Part shown: positions 12,096-26,035 of the stretch, piece after piece
Layout of the letters: every line of letters begins with the position of its first letter
Numbering within the stretch: the first letter of the stretch is position 1
Assembly: GCF_004010195.1 (NCBI RefSeq)
Contig: NC_057719.1
Span: forward strand, 31,446,370-31,510,369
Origin: Chiloscyllium plagiosum
Taxonomy: Eukaryota
DNA: 64,000 nucleotides
Reading direction: 5' to 3'
Notes under the pieces: generated by a model
The model's input: the letters and a program-made list of their open reading frames with translations, nothing else
Databases searched by the model: none
What the model was told of the DNA's origin: nothing
Made by a program: the position numbers and the translations under genes

Positions 12096-14729
12096 GTATG
12101 AAGGAAAGCTAAGTGATACTTTCTGCATTTGTGAATAGATTAACTAAGCCAGAATTTTAATAAAAGTTTAATTTATAATTTTATAACCTCGTAAGTTTAC
12201 ATTCGCTTATGTGTCTATTGTATAATGTTGTACGGTTGCATGGCTTTTGTGAGAAGTGCATTCAAAGTAATGGCTTTTCAGATTTAATGTTGATACTTTT
12301 GAGGTTTGGAATCAACTCTTAATATTTAATTGAATTTGACTTTGTCAAATTTAATTAACTTAAGGGTATAGAATGCAGCATATTATGTGCAACAATATAG
12401 TATGAAATAAAATCTCGAAATATCTACTTCTCATTTCTGCCTGTGTTAACGTTGCAGTTGGACATCCTGGCAACTTTTTTAACACATTTTTTCAGCTTTT
12501 AATGTCAATGTTGTTAATTTTCAAACTCTTTAAATTTGAGTATAGGTTAGAAAGTCAGCTTTGAAGCATCTCAAAATGTCCGCTCAATCTGGTCTATAGT
12601 GAATCAATATGATTTACTCCATAAAATCTACAGAAGTCCAATAAGGCAGCTCACTATCCCTTCTCAAGAGCAACTAGAGATGGGCAATAAATGCCAGCTT
12701 TATTTCTTATGTCCATGCACTGTGAATTATTAAATTTAAAATATGCTTTGACACCAGAGGGAAATTTCTCATACAGAGCACCTCTGGAAAAAATGGCATT
12801 TGTTCAAGCTGCATTAAAAGAAAATGTATATTATTGAAAGTCTTTCTCAGGAACACTTTGATAAACATTGATTTGCTAAGCAATTTGGGAGTGGCTCAGA
12901 GCCAATTGTGTTGGTTAGGGATATGGGAGTCACATTGACCAGACCAGGTAAGCATGGCTGGTTTCTTCAGCAAAAGGCCATGAATGAACTAATATAGGTT
13001 TTTATAATAGCAGAAAGTGTTTAAAGAAAAATGTCTGTGCCAGTTTGTTTTGATTTCTAGTTTTTAAAAAAAATCTTAGAGACATGGTTTGATTTGAGCT
13101 GGCTTTTTCAGTCCAGGCTTCTAAATAGCTTTTGATCTAATAATCAATACAAATTATTAGACTTTGGCAGTGTTTAGTCTAATAAGCAAAGAACCTATTT
13201 CTGAGTTGGACTATTTGTCTCAATTTGGCGGTAACCTTAATAACCCTGATTGTTCTTGAACTTCAATGGAATTTACACACCAAGTCAGGCCAGTCAGCCT
13301 AAAGAAGTAGGCTTGATGTCCATTCTCCATTAGACCCTTAACCACACTACTTACCAACTTCTTTGAAACCCATCAGCAGAACCTTCGATCCTTTCTCTCT
13401 TCCCTCTCATGTATTGATTATAATCTTGTCTATAAAATGCCAATGCTATTTGCCTTAAACTGCTCAGTGTGGTAATGAGATTCTCATTATAACCAGTCTC
13501 TGGGTAAAGACGTTTTTGCTGACTTCCTCTGTTATTAGTGACTATTTGATATTAACTATAGATATACCCATAAATGGAAGCACCCTTCCCTATCAGACGT
13601 CAAAAAAATTCTATTCAATCATCTCTTAGTTCTTTGTCCATATAAGAGAGCTTCATATTCCTTCGTCTTCCTGATGGATATAACCTCTTGGTTCATTTAA
13701 TAGCCTTTTATCTAGGTAGTTGAACAAATATGAATTGCTGGTGACAGTTCAGTGTGATAGTTAATACTGGTGTTTCTTACAGATTTTTTTTGTAAAAAAT
13801 CTGTAAGAAAAATCTGTAAGATGTGCTGTCATAATGAAACTTTATTTGATATAAAGTATTGCTTGAATTGTGTTTTACTGTTTGACTTGATCTTGTTCAT
13901 TGTCTGTCAGACCTGCATGTTTTCCATGTTGCAGAAAACTAATTGGGTAGGCAGAATGCCTTCGTCATCGTGCACTTCAATCATATCTACACAGTCTAGG
14001 ACTGTACAAAATGTTAGCCATCAGCTTATCATTGCATAAAATTAGTAGTCCATCAAATCTGTAGTCAGGTAGTTTTTACTTTGCTGTTTTTGTCATTCTT
14101 TTCTAACTTGCTCTCTTTTTCACGCTTATAAAACTATCACCCAACTCAGAAGTGAAACTGAATTGCTGCATGGAAGAGAGAACCTGCATGAAAAGAAATA
14201 ATTACTCTGAAATACATAGATTCGTGATCGTGTTTTCTCTGCTGCACTAATTTTACACAGACGGTCTTCCAATTCACTCACAAAACTTTGATTATCTCCC
14301 TTGAAATGCTTAGTTATTCTTTATAACCTGAATCTGGTTTTAGAACTTAACTTGCTTCAACAAACATTGAACTATCCTTGGTCTGTTCTTGTGCAATAGA
14401 TTGAGGTTTTCAGCTCTATAGTTGTGTACAAAGGTCTTTATAGTAGTTTATGAATTTTCTTTCATTGAAGGTCAGTCTGCATATTGACACTGTAAAGAAT
14501 GACAACTTACGTTTTTAATCAATGCGACAGCATTTATGATGTTTACATATGAAGATTGGAGTGAAAAAATGTATTGAATAGATAGCTTAACAAGATAATT
14601 GGAGAAACTAGCTGCTGAAGGATTAAAATTCAAAGACAGCAGTACAATCTTGTCAGAAATCTCTGTTCTGTTGTGGACCAAAGATTGATGTATCTTTGTC
14701 AGAATATCTTAAAGATATTAAGATTGTCT

Positions 14730-15180
14730 CCTCCAAAGCTCTGTAGTTGGCAGGACATCCTGTGTTAGTCACAGCAAATAAGGATTGTTAATCATTAGGC
14801 ACAAGTTGTGAAAAAATAGTTCTATTTTTATTGTGTCCCACCATGACTCTGACAGAATTATTTGAGTACTTTATAGCCATTTGTTAAAAATGTAATTATT
14901 TGTGTTGTTAAATGGCATCTGTTTTACAATCCATAACAGATTACAACCACTGAGCAATTTTTTTTTGGTGATAGCTGTTAAGAGGAAAAGATTGCCTGAA
15001 TGATTGGGAGAACTTCCTTCTCTTTGAATAGAACAACTAATTACATCACCTCCAAAGGACTGAACCTTTAAGACTTAAGAACTTTTGCAGCACGAACATC
15101 TGATTAAAATTAAGTCCTGGTGTAAGACTTGAGTTCATCACTTGGAGTCAGGAGGAAATGCTACCATTTGAACAAAGCTG
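14730..15180 (-). mobile_element. Highly decayed Deu-domain SINE
   Basis: Weak reverse-complement similarity to 17565-17897 and 20200-20825; B-box-like gacttgagttc near 15126. Confidence 0.4.
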
Positions 15181-15899
15181 ATCTATAAAACTACCACCTC
15201 TACGTTTTAAATGTTTGTGATTTGTTTAAAAGCAAGATGGAACCGGAAATAATGATCCCAAGTTATGACACAAAAAGACATTGTTGTTGAAATTTGGCAT
15301 CCTTGTCAATATCTAAATTCTATCTACTCAGTGCAGTGTACATTCTAAGTTCTTTTGAGTTTTGTGTCTCTCTTGTTACAACTATATTTCAAAGGATTAT
15401 TAAGTAATGAAATAATACACTAATTGTTTAATTAATTACATTCAAATGTTAGGAAATGAGGGAGAAGAGAACAAAGTGACCTGCTTTATACCTTTTTTAA
15501 TTTCTTCTCTCCTTAAATGTAGAAATTACTTGAGGTAGTTTGCTGAGGGAATGTGGTATTCAGTCATACCTAGGCATAGGTCAATGAAATGTTTCGAAAA
15601 GTACTTTTCTATCCCTTCAGCTCATGGGCTTTGGGAGATATATATGTTCCTCATGTTTTGTCCTTTTGAACATCCCTGATTTTAATTGCTCCACCATCAT
15701 TGACCACGATACAGTTTGACTCGAACCTAACAATTTGACCTAATTACAATTTTAGAATGGCTGTCTTTCAAACTTCAAGTTTACTAGTCCTGATTAGATA
15801 CAAGACCCATTCCATATGTATTCCAAATAAACAGAATTGTTTTGGTTTATTATAATGTACTAAAAAAGTCATACTCGGTCAAAGCATTAGGCTTACAAT

Positions 15900-16245
15900 C
15901 AGAATCACAGAATCCCTACAGTGCAGATAGAGGCCATTTGGCCTATGAGTCTGCGCCAGACTTCTGAAGAGCATTCCCACAACCCTATCCCTGTAACCCC
16001 ACATTTACTCCAGCTAACACACCTAGCCTGCATAGCCCTGAACACTATGGGACAATTTAGCATGGCCACTCCACTTAACCGGCACATCTTTGGACTATGG
16101 GAGGAAATGGAGCATCCAGAGGAAACCCAACAAACGTGCGGAGTGCATGCGCCCTCCACTGTCACAGTCACCCATGGGTGAAATCGAATCCCTGGATCCT
16201 TGGTGCTGAGAGTCAGCAGTGCTCACTTCTCTCGCCATGCCACCT
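15900..16245 (-). mobile_element. HE1-like V-SINE
   Basis: Reverse complement of a tRNA head, V-domain (ggagcatccagaggaaaccca) and a ctgtagggattct tail. Confidence 0.85.
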
Positions 16246-17182
16246 CAGCCAGTTCGTTGCAGGATGCCTGTTTGGGTTGCTGGTTGACTGAGCATCAGAC
16301 TCCTGTTGATTGATGTCCTCCTTCTGTTGTAACTCTTTGTTCTTGTGCATCAAACCTCTGAGCTCTTGCTGACTAATAGCCTCTATGTATTATCAGGCAC
16401 GCAACTCTAAATGGCTGGATGGTCAGTTTTGAATTGGCCTGATAGTCTGCCCATTTCATGATTGATTTCTTTAAAAGTAATGGTCATCTTACTGACATCA
16501 CTTCCTACTATCGTCTCATTCATTCTTTAACATGCTGATCACTTTACAAGATTGTCCCTTTTGTAGCTGCTTGTTTCCCACTTTTGTACAAAAGTGACCA
16601 TTGTAAAACAAAGCTGCCTCTTTAGGTAGAACTGCGTCCACTTCAAACATATTCACATTTGTCAGCCTAAGTCGACATTTGTATGAGCTAACTGAATAAC
16701 ACGATTGTACGTTTAACCAGGCACTTTTTCCCTACAGAAACTGTTTAATTACTGATCACAGTGAAATAGTGAATAATTTAATTCCTCTCTTAATTAAGTC
16801 AGTTATTGATTGTTGAAAAGCAACTCAATTATACAATGTATTCAGTAACTCCAAAGCTTGAAATACAGCCATCTCTATACTTTACTTTCCTCCTTTTAGA
16901 TATTCCTTAAAGCCTACTTTTTTGACCTAGCTTCTGGTCATTTGTCTTCATATTTCCTTGTGTGGCTCGGTCATATTTTGTTTTCTAATACTCCCTGTGA
17001 AATACTGGCAGACTTTATTAATAAAAGGTGAAGTATAAATTGAAGTTATTGCTTTTCTCTGGGGAAAAATGCACTATTTGAAAATACAAATTTGAAATTA
17101 TCTGAAAAGTTATTTGTTTTTAAAATGACATGAAGGAAATCATTTTCTGCTGTGAGGTATGTTTCTAAATTTGTTTTTGCAG

Positions 17183-17337
17183 TAATAAAACAAACCAACC
17201 CTAAAGAAGATGGTTTGTTAAGTCCAGAAGAATTTGAATTTTGGGACAGAAAATTCCGATTGAAAAGTGAAGATTTAGGAACACCAAAATTTGTGCCAAT
17301 TCCATTTGAGTTTGTAAAGGATGAGCCAATAACCATG
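17183..17337 (+). CDS. FANCM: FANCM exon (approx. human exon 12), start of MHF-binding region
   Basis: tttttgcag acceptor and ATG|gtaagt donor; 155 nt, phase 1-0. KEDGLLSPEEFEFWDRKFRL resembles human KKDWFLSEEEFKLWNRLYRL (recalled). Confidence 0.93.
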
Positions 17338-17564
17338 GTAAGTTATGAAATATTTCATTCAGCATAATTTACAAATAGAGAATGCTGTTGCCTATGATAT
17401 GGGAGGGAGTAAATTAATATTGCATCTTTACGTTTGCTACATAATACTGTTCTTTTTCATCAGATGGCCTCAATCTCTTCTGTGTAAAGTTTTGTTTTTA
17501 AATTTACACAAGTCTTTTACTTTCTTTATGGACAAATGGTTTCAATGTCATATTCATCAATCAA

Positions 17565-17897
17565 AGATCAAGGCTGACGTGTCAGTGCCATACTAAGGGA
17601 GTGACATTGATGAGTGAAGGCCATATTTGCCTTCACAGGTAGTTGTGAAAGGTCCCGTGGCAGTATTTTGAAGATGATCAGGAGAGTTATCTCATGTATC
17701 TTGATCAATATTTATCCCAAATCAACACACGAAAGCTGCTTAGCTGTACGTTATCAAATTGCTGTTTGTGAGAGTTTGTCATGTTCAATAGGCATCTATG
17801 CTTTCCACTTTACAACTAGGTACCACACTTCAAACATCACTTATTCAGTGCTTTGAGATGCTTGGTGGTGATGAAAAACATTATATAAATGCAAGTT
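17565..17897 (+). mobile_element. Deu-domain SINE (SacSINE1/AmnSINE1-like), decayed
   Basis: aggctgac...tactaagggagtg...ggcagtattttgaaga...caatatttatccc...gctgtttgtg, ending in tatataaatgcaagt. Confidence 0.7.
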
Positions 17898-17948
17898 AGA
17901 AGCCTAGGCGATGGCCAACTGTTCTTATTGCTAGACTATTAATCCAGA

Positions 17949-19972
17949 GAGGCGAAAGTGAAGACTGCAGATTTTGGAGATTAGAGTTGAGAGTGTGGTG
18001 CTGGAAAAGCACAGCAGGTCAGGCAGCATCCAAGGAGCAGGAGAATCGACATTTTGGACATAAGCCCTACGGAACCGACTTATCCCAAATGGACTCCAGA
18101 CTACATTCAGACCCCGTAATTTGGACCTGAACAGGATACCCAGTGCACACTATCAATCCGAAACCTTCAGCAACGATTCTCTTTCTGGATCCTCCCCTCC
18201 ACGCTAGCAGCCGTACACTGCCATCTACTCTACCTGCAGGCAACCCTGCTTCAGCTCAGGGCCACACTCTCCCAGACCTGCAACAGACCACTGCTGTTCT
18301 ACATCCTCAGAAAATATCCTCAACAAACTGTTTTTCTCTACCATGTCGGGCATAAAAGAATGTAAGTTAAACAAACTTTCATGTACTTATCTCAATACAC
18401 TGGTTTCCTCGACCATTTCATAGCCTTCCCCTGACCTCTGGAACTGCTCAGACACCATTAGTCCTGTGGCTGCTTCTTCCACGACTACTGGGGTGAACGC
18501 TGACGTTACTTCCGCCCCCGCCGCTGCACGGACCGCAACCCCTGCCGACCACACCACTTCCGTGATCGCCGTCCACCCAACCACCTCAGTGATTGCCGGG
18601 AAGACAACTGCTGCCCCTACCGCCGCAGGATCCACTGCTAGATTCACTGTGTCAAGCACAGACGCGATGCTTACTCTGCATGTTACTTCCCCCCCCCGCA
18701 GTTGCTGCTGCCGCAGCCACTTCCACCCCAAACACATCACTCACTTGGCCACAGAAGACTCTTATCGTTGATGTCGCTTCTGCCACCATTCAAGTCATCC
18801 ACTGAGAACCAGACTGCAACGTCACCGCCGTCACACATGACATCACTTCCAACCCAAGGTCCTAGCTCCCAGCCCTGCTGTGTGTTTACCATTCCCCCAG
18901 ATCTACCCCTGTCTGAGGGCGAATGTTTAGTCCTCAGCAAAGGCCTCACCTTCATCCCTCTACGATCCCAGATTAATGAGTTCAACACACGTTGCGATCC
19001 TGAGCGTTTCTTCCTTCACCTCTGGGCCCACGTTTTCAACCAAGACTCCCGTCCAACCACTGAGGACCCTTTCTCCCGCTTCCAACACACCCTATCCACC
19101 TGAACACCACGTGCTGACCTGTTACCTGCCTTTGATCTCTTCATGTCAAACTGCCGCCGTGACATTCACTACCTCAATCTGTCCATCCCACTCACCCAAT
19201 CCAACCTTCTGCCCTCATAATGCTCAGTCCTCCACTCCCTCCACTCTAACCCCAGCAAACCCGCAGACAAGGGGGGAGCAGTAGTAGTTTGGTGCACCAA
19301 CCTCTACACCACTGAAGCCAGGCGCCAACTCGCAGACACCTCCTCCTGCCCCGTCGACCACAACCTCACCTCCCATCACCAAACCATAATTTCCACAACC
19401 TCATCACCTCTGGGGATCTCCCATCCACAGCCTCCAACCTCATTGTCCGTGAACCCGCACTGCCCGATTCTACCTCCTCTCAAAGATTCACAAACCTGAA
19501 TTCCACGGTCGACCCATTGTCTCAGGCTGCGCCTGTCCCACTGAACTCACCTCTGTCTACCTTGATACTGTCCTGTCACCCTTAGTACAGGAACTCCCAA
19601 CTTATATTCGGGACACCACCCATGCCCTTCACCTCCTCGTTTCCCCGGCCCCCAACACCTCATCATCGCCATGGGCGTCCAGTCCCTGTACACATCGATC
19701 CACCATGATGAAGGCCTACATGCACTTCGTTTCTTTCTGTCACACTGTTCCAACCAGTACCCTTCCACCGACACCCTCATCTGCCTGGCTGAACTGGTCC
19801 TCACCCTCAACAACTTCTTCCAATCTTCCCACTTCCTCCAAACTAAAGGGGTAGCCATGGGCACCTGCATGGGACCCAGCTACGCCTGCCTCTTTGTCAG
19901 GTATGTGGAATAGTCCATCTTCCGTTGTTATACTGGCACCACGCCCCACCTGTTCCTCCGCTATATCGATGC
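17949..19972 (+). mobile_element. Penelope-like retroelement with inverted terminal repeat and frameshifted RT, 3'-truncated
   Basis: Inverted terminal repeat at 17949-18068, then ORF remnants VLSKGLTFIP, KPADKGGAVVVW, KIHKP..GRPIVS, SLYTSI, GVAMGTCMGPSYACLFV and FLRYID. Confidence 0.9.
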
Positions 19973-20199
19973 GACCAAACCCCCCACTCCCCCGGTCCTC
20001 ACCTTCCACCTCACCAACCTCCGCATACCTCAAATCTTAGCTGTATCCATAAATAAACGTGGCCACAGCACTGAACCCTGTAGGATGGCACTTACCTCCA
20101 CTTAAATCAATATGCCTTTTTCTTCTCTCAAAACCTATCTCAGCTTTTCTGCATCGGTTGTATCAGCATTACAGATTGAAATCTATGTATCTGCCAACA

Positions 20200-20825
20200 T
20201 TTTTTCTCAATGCAATGCAAGTAACAATATGGCGATGATCAGATAATCTGTGTTTGTGTTGTTCAGAGGATAGATGTTCGTTAGAACACTAGCAATAGAA
20301 TCCCTACAGTGTGGAAGCAGGCCATTCAGCCCACACTGACCTTCCAAAGATCATTCCACTCAGACTCACTCCATCCTTATAACCCTGCCTTTCCCATGGC
20401 TAATCCACCTATACTGCACACTATGGGCAATTTAGTATAGTCAGTCCTCCTAACTTGAACATCTTTGGATTGTGGGAGGAACCCAGAGAAAACCAATGTA
20501 GACACGGGTAGAATGTGCAAATTCCACACACAGTCGCTTGAGGGTGGAATTGAACTTGGATCCCTGACGCTGTGAGGCAGCAGTGCTAACCACTGAGCTA
20601 CCATGATGCTCTTGCTCTTTAAAAAATAGTGCCATTCATCCACTTGAACAGACAGATAAGGCCTTTCTTTAACATCTTATCCGAAAGAGGATACCTCTGA
20701 CAGTGCTACACTCCCTCAGTACTACACCGGAGTGGGGGTCAGCCTTGATGTTTGTGTGTTCCATGCCTGGAGGGAGACTTGAACCAGGACTTTATGGTAC
20801 AGATGTCAGAGTTCCAGCTATACTT
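20200..20825 (-). mobile_element. Deu-domain SINE split by an HE1 SINE
   Basis: Reverse complement of the Deu core (cagtgctacactccctcagtactacac, aacatcttatccgaaag) at 20610-20790; the distal part lies at 20200-20293. Confidence 0.75.
20295..20606 (-). mobile_element. HE1-like V-SINE
   Basis: Reverse complement of ggtagctcagtggttagcactgctgcctcacagc, a V-domain and a cactgtagggattcta tail. Confidence 0.9.
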
Positions 20826-21164
20826 GGACAGTTTGGCTGGAGGCATAGCTAGTCCTGGAGCTTAAATCTTCAGTACTACTGCTCGAGTATTGTCAGAGCC
20901 TTTGCAGCATCCAGTGTTTTCAGCCATTTCCCCCAATGTTATATGGAGTGAATCAAGTTAGCTGAAGACTGGCATCTATGATGCTGAAACCGCAGAATAA
21001 GGCCCAGAGGGATCATTCAGGATTTCAGTGAACGTGATTGCTCCTTTTCAATATTGTTTTTTGTACTAACTTAGTATGCCTCCCAACCATTGAGAATAGG
21101 AATGTTATGAATACTTCTTCTCTGGTTAGTCATTTCTATTTGCTCCATTACATGTGTAATTTTA

Positions 21165-21492
21165 AAAATTTATTCACGGAATGAGGGTGCCACTAGCCAA
21201 GCCATCTCTAATTGCCCAGAGGGCAGCTAAGAGTCAATTACTTGGTATAAGTCTGGAGTCACATGTAGGACAGACTGGGTAAGGGTGGTAGATTCCTTGC
21301 TGAAAGGACGTTAGTGAACCAGATGGACTTTTCCAAGAATTACAATTACAATGGAGTTAAACTCTTTCTTCCAGAGTTTACTGAGTTCCAATTATGGCAT
21401 CTATCGTGGAGGGATTTGAACCTGGGTCCCTGGAACGCTACCTGGGTCTCTGGATTAACACTCCAGCAATAATCCCATTAGGCCATTGCCCC
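21165..21492 (-). mobile_element. tRNA-headed SINE sharing segments with the CR1/L2-group LINE
   Basis: Reverse-complement homolog of 50645-50932, with A/B-box-like motifs and a tgaataaa tail. Confidence 0.7.
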
Positions 21493-22709
21493 ACCCTATG
21501 TAAGATGTGTATAATCCTGTGTTGTAGTTTCATCAGGTTGGCACCTTATTTTTAGTTTGTCTGTGTTGATCCTGGCATGATGTCCAGCATTGTTGTTTGA
21601 ACCAGGATAAGTCCACTATAGAATCCTAGAGTCCTGCAACACAGACACATGCCCTTTGCCCAAACTGGTACATGCCGACCAAAATGATTTTCTTGGATTT
21701 GCAGTAAAGCCCAATCCAAGCTGGAAATTCAACACTAAATCTTCTGTGCAAGTAATTTATATCCTTCAGGACTCAACATTGAGTTCAACAACTTCAGCCA
21801 TGAACACTGCCCTCCATTTTGATTACCTTGTCCTTTCCGCACACCACCTATGTTTTGTTTACTTGGTTTGTTCTTAGCAAAGCTGACTTTTTTTTGAAAC
21901 TATCCTTTAACACCTTTTCATTATGATCATTCCCTTACTACTATTAGCATTCACTTTGACTTTTGTTCATGGCACGCTCACCATCTATTCTATTTGTTCC
22001 TCCTTCTCCTTTGTCAACAACATAAACACCAACAGTTTTTAGCCCTGGTCAGTTCTGAAAAAGTATCATGGGACTCAAAACACTAGTTTCCCTCTTTATA
22101 GTTTCTGCCAGACCTGCTGAATTACTCCATATTTTCTATTTTTTATTACTGTACCTTACTGCCTGAGGTCTCTGGCAGAGCAGTTTGAGAAATCAAGACG
22201 ATTACTTCTCCTGTTGTGAAAGGCTTCAAACATAATTCCAAGGAATTTTCACATGACCATGATCAGTCTCTTGATGATATGATCAAATAAGGGATATATT
22301 GGGCCAAGAGATTACAGATTGAGCCATTACAGGCAGAACTGTGTTTGACCACAATGTGTCTTGTGGTTCCCCAGTTTCGGGCTGTAAGATCTGTTCAGGA
22401 TCTGCCCCATTTAGCATGATGATAATGTTTCATAGCTCAGGGATGTTCTCAGTGTGGAGACCATTTGTTTTCACACCGCCTCAGCAGTGGTCATTCCTAC
22501 CAAAGCTGTCACTTATGGGTGAGTCTGCAACTTGTTAGATTGGTGAGGATGAACGTTCCCCTTTTGTTGGTTTTCTCATCACTTTGTGACCATCCAGTCT
22601 GGCACATCCTAGTTGGGTTTTTGAGAATTGGTCAACACAGTAGTAATGCCGCCAGAGCACAGAGGCAGAATATGTGCCATCCATATATTGCACTGCTGCA
22701 GTTTACCCA

Positions 22710-24017
22710 ATGCTTGTTCAAGGATGTCTCAGAGGGTGCAGAATGCTCTCAAGGGGGAGAGGTCCCAGCAAGATGTCATTGTACACATTGGAACCAACAA
22801 CATAGGAAGGGAAAAGGATGAGATTCTGAAGGGAGAATAAAGAAAGTTAGGCAGGAATTTAAAAAGGAGGTCCTCGAGAGTAGTAATATCTGGATTACTC
22901 CCAGTGCCACGAGCTAGTGAGGGCAGGAATAGGATGATAGAGCAGATGAATGCATGGCTGAGGAGCTGATGTATTGGAGAAGGATTCATATTTTTGGATC
23001 ATTGGAATCTCTTCTGGGGTAGAAGTGACCAGTACAAGAAGGATGGATTGCACCTGAATTGGAAGGGGACTAATATACTGGCAGGGAAATTTGCTAGAGT
23101 TGCTCGGGAGGATTTAAACTAGTAAGATGGGGAGGGGGGGAACCCAAGGAGATCAATCTGAGACTGGTACAGTTGAGAAAAGAAGCAACTCAAACAGTCA
23201 GGGCATGCAGAGACAAAGCAGAGATCAAGGTAGGACTGATCAATTAAACTGCATTTATTTAAATGCAAGAGGCCTAAAAGGGAAGGCAGATGAACATGGT
23301 TAGGAACATGGGACTGGGATATCATAGCAATCACAGAAGCATGGCTCAGGGATGGACAGGACTGGCAGCTTAATGTTCCAGGATACTAATGCTACAGGAA
23401 GGACAGAAAGGCAACAGAGGAAGAGGAATGGCATTTTTGATAAAGGATAGCATTAAAGCTATAACTGAGGGAAGATATTCCTGGAAATACATGCAGGGAA
23501 GCTATTTGGGTTGAACTGAGAAATAAGAAAGGGATGATCACCTTATTGGGATTGTATTATATGACCCCTAATAGTCAGTGGGCAGTTGAGAAACAAATTT
23601 GTAACGAGATCTCAGTTATCTGTAAGAATAATAGGATGGTTATGGTACGGGATTTTAACTTTCCAACCGTAGATGGGACTGCCACAGTGTTAAGGGTTTA
23701 GATGGAAAGGAATTTGTTAAGTGTGTACAAGAAAATTTTCTGATTCAGTATGTGGATGTACCTATTAGAGAAGGTGCAAAACTTTTTTTTTAGATTAGAT
23801 TACTTACAGTGTGGAAACAGGCCCATCAGCCCAACAAGTCCACACTGACCTTCCGAAGAGCAACCCACCCAGACCCATTCCCCTACATTTACCCCTTCAC
23901 CTAAAACTATGGGCAATTTAGCATCGCCAATTCAGGTAAAGGGATGGCTGGAAAATGGGAAGCCTTCAGAAATGAGATAATGAGTCCAGAGACAGTATAT
24001 TCCTGTTAGGGTGAAAG
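22710..24017 (+). mobile_element. CR1 5' portion: ORF1 SGNH-esterase remnant and ORF2 endonuclease remnant
   Basis: VIVHIGTNNIG, VVISGLLPVP and DGLHLN (esterase), then CIYLNARG, IIAITEAWL and DFNFP (APE). Confidence 0.88.
23787..23933 (-). mobile_element. HE1 SINE 3' fragment
   Basis: tagattagattacttacagtgtggaaacaggccc is the reverse complement of the tail of the SINE at 39473. Confidence 0.85.
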
Positions 24018-26035
24018 GATGCAGGTATTTCTGCATGTGGTCTCGTAATTTCCTCCCTTACTTCCCACAATATTCTGGAATACATTAGATCAGGTCTAGG
24101 AGATTTATCTACCTTTATATTTTCTCAGACCTCCCAAACGTCCTCTTCAGTAATGTGAACTGTTTTTAAAACATCAAAATTTATTTCTCTTGACTCCATT
24201 TCTTCCTCCACAGTAAAAACCGACACAAAATATTCATTTAGTATTGATTTGAGGCTGAAACATAAAGTTTAGTACTTTCTCTTCACGAAGTCTAGGTTAC
24301 AATGTTATGTTTCTTAACCAACTAATATGAATAATTATGAGTAATCAATTTTGTTTGGAAGAATAGAAAAGCAACTTTTATTATCTAAATGGGAGAAACT
24401 TCAGACTGCTTCAGTATAGAGATCTGGGTGGTTTTGTACATGATCACAGGTAGTATAGAGGTACAGGAGGTAATAATAAAGGAAAAGAGCATATAAAAGT
24501 AGGGAAGTGGTGCTGCAATTGTACAAGGAATTAGTGAAACTGCACCCTGGAATATTGTGTACAATTTAGTCCCCTTACTTGAAGATTGATGTACTTGCAT
24601 TCTAGGCAGTTCTCAGAAAATTCACTAGATTATGAGGATAGTGTATGAAATTTGGCATCAAGAACTGTGAAATCAAAACTTTTAAAATAATCAAAGACTG
24701 TTCCTGTACTGTTCTACTGAATTAATAATAAATAGTATGGAGCAAATTCTTTAAAATTCATTCATGGGATGTGGATGTCACTGGCTCGGCTAGTGTTTGT
24801 TGTCCATTCCAAATTGTCCAGTTGAGAGTCAACCCTAGAGGTCTAACTGGGTATGTAAGATGCCAGCCGAAATTGACAAAGTGGACTTAGGGTGGATATT
24901 TCCTTTTCTAGAGTAATCTAGAATGATAAGTCATAGTTTTAAGATAAAAATTAGCAGATTTAAAATAAATGAAGAGTATTTACTTCTCTCAAAGTGCCTT
25001 GAATCTCTGTAATTCCTGCTCCAGAGTGAATCATTTACACTGAGATAATTTAAGGAGGAGAGATTTTTAATTAGTAATGGAATAAAGGATTATAAGAGAG
25101 TGGGCAGGAAGGTTGAGACCAAGATGGCTTCAGCCATGATTTTACCATGATCTGGAGATGCCAGTGTTAGACTGGGACGGATGAAGTCAAAAATCATACA
25201 ATGCCAGTTTATAATCCAACAGATTTATTTAAAATCATAAACTGTTGGAGCATCGCTCCTTCAGGTAGCGTGGAGAGAGGTGCACAGATACTGAATAGTT
25301 CTGTATTATGATTATACAAAATGATGGAGCAGGCTCAAAGGACTAAGTTGCTTACCCCACTCCATATTTCTATAATTACCATCTGCTGTGGTGGGATTCA
25401 AATTGGAGTCCCCAGAACGGTACTTGGGTCTCTGGATTAATAGTTTAATGATATTACCACAAGGCAATCACCTCCTCTCTGAAGCCATTGCCTTTGTCTC
25501 CCTTTTATACCTTTTAATTCAATTACATTCAATTGCATCTGCCTTTCCAACCCTGTTTCATTAAGGCAGACTGTTTGTTCACCATTATTGAATCCTGTTC
25601 TTTCTTCTTTGTAAAGAACATTTACTTGCACCTCTTTTTTTTAAAAAAAAAAAATTGCACACTTCCACCTTTAATCTAGCTCTTCTGTCAGAACTCTCAT
25701 CTGTACCTTTGTCATTTTTCAGGATCTGTACTCTCCTTAAGGGTCAGCACATCCAATATGCACTGATGCTTGCATCTGTCATCAAGTCCTCATTAGCCTG
25801 TCACTGCAAACCCATACTTGGATTTTACTTGCATTAGAAATGTAAACTTCTCATCTTCAGGCTTTAATGCATTTGTTGGCTTAAATACATTCACAGCCTT
25901 GCTCAACACCATATCCGTAGGCTGTCCTAATTCTGAAGCATCATTAACTCTCCACCTTATAACTAATGCTGTATTCTCGCTCCCCATTCTAAATTATTGG
26001 TGCCCCGTAAGTCACCTAGATCACATGCTTTTATA

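Noticed and set aside
18387..18805. Thr/Ala-rich mucin-like ORFs on both strands
   Set aside because: This is a low-complexity, GC-rich part of the Penelope-like element with no splice or context support for a host gene.
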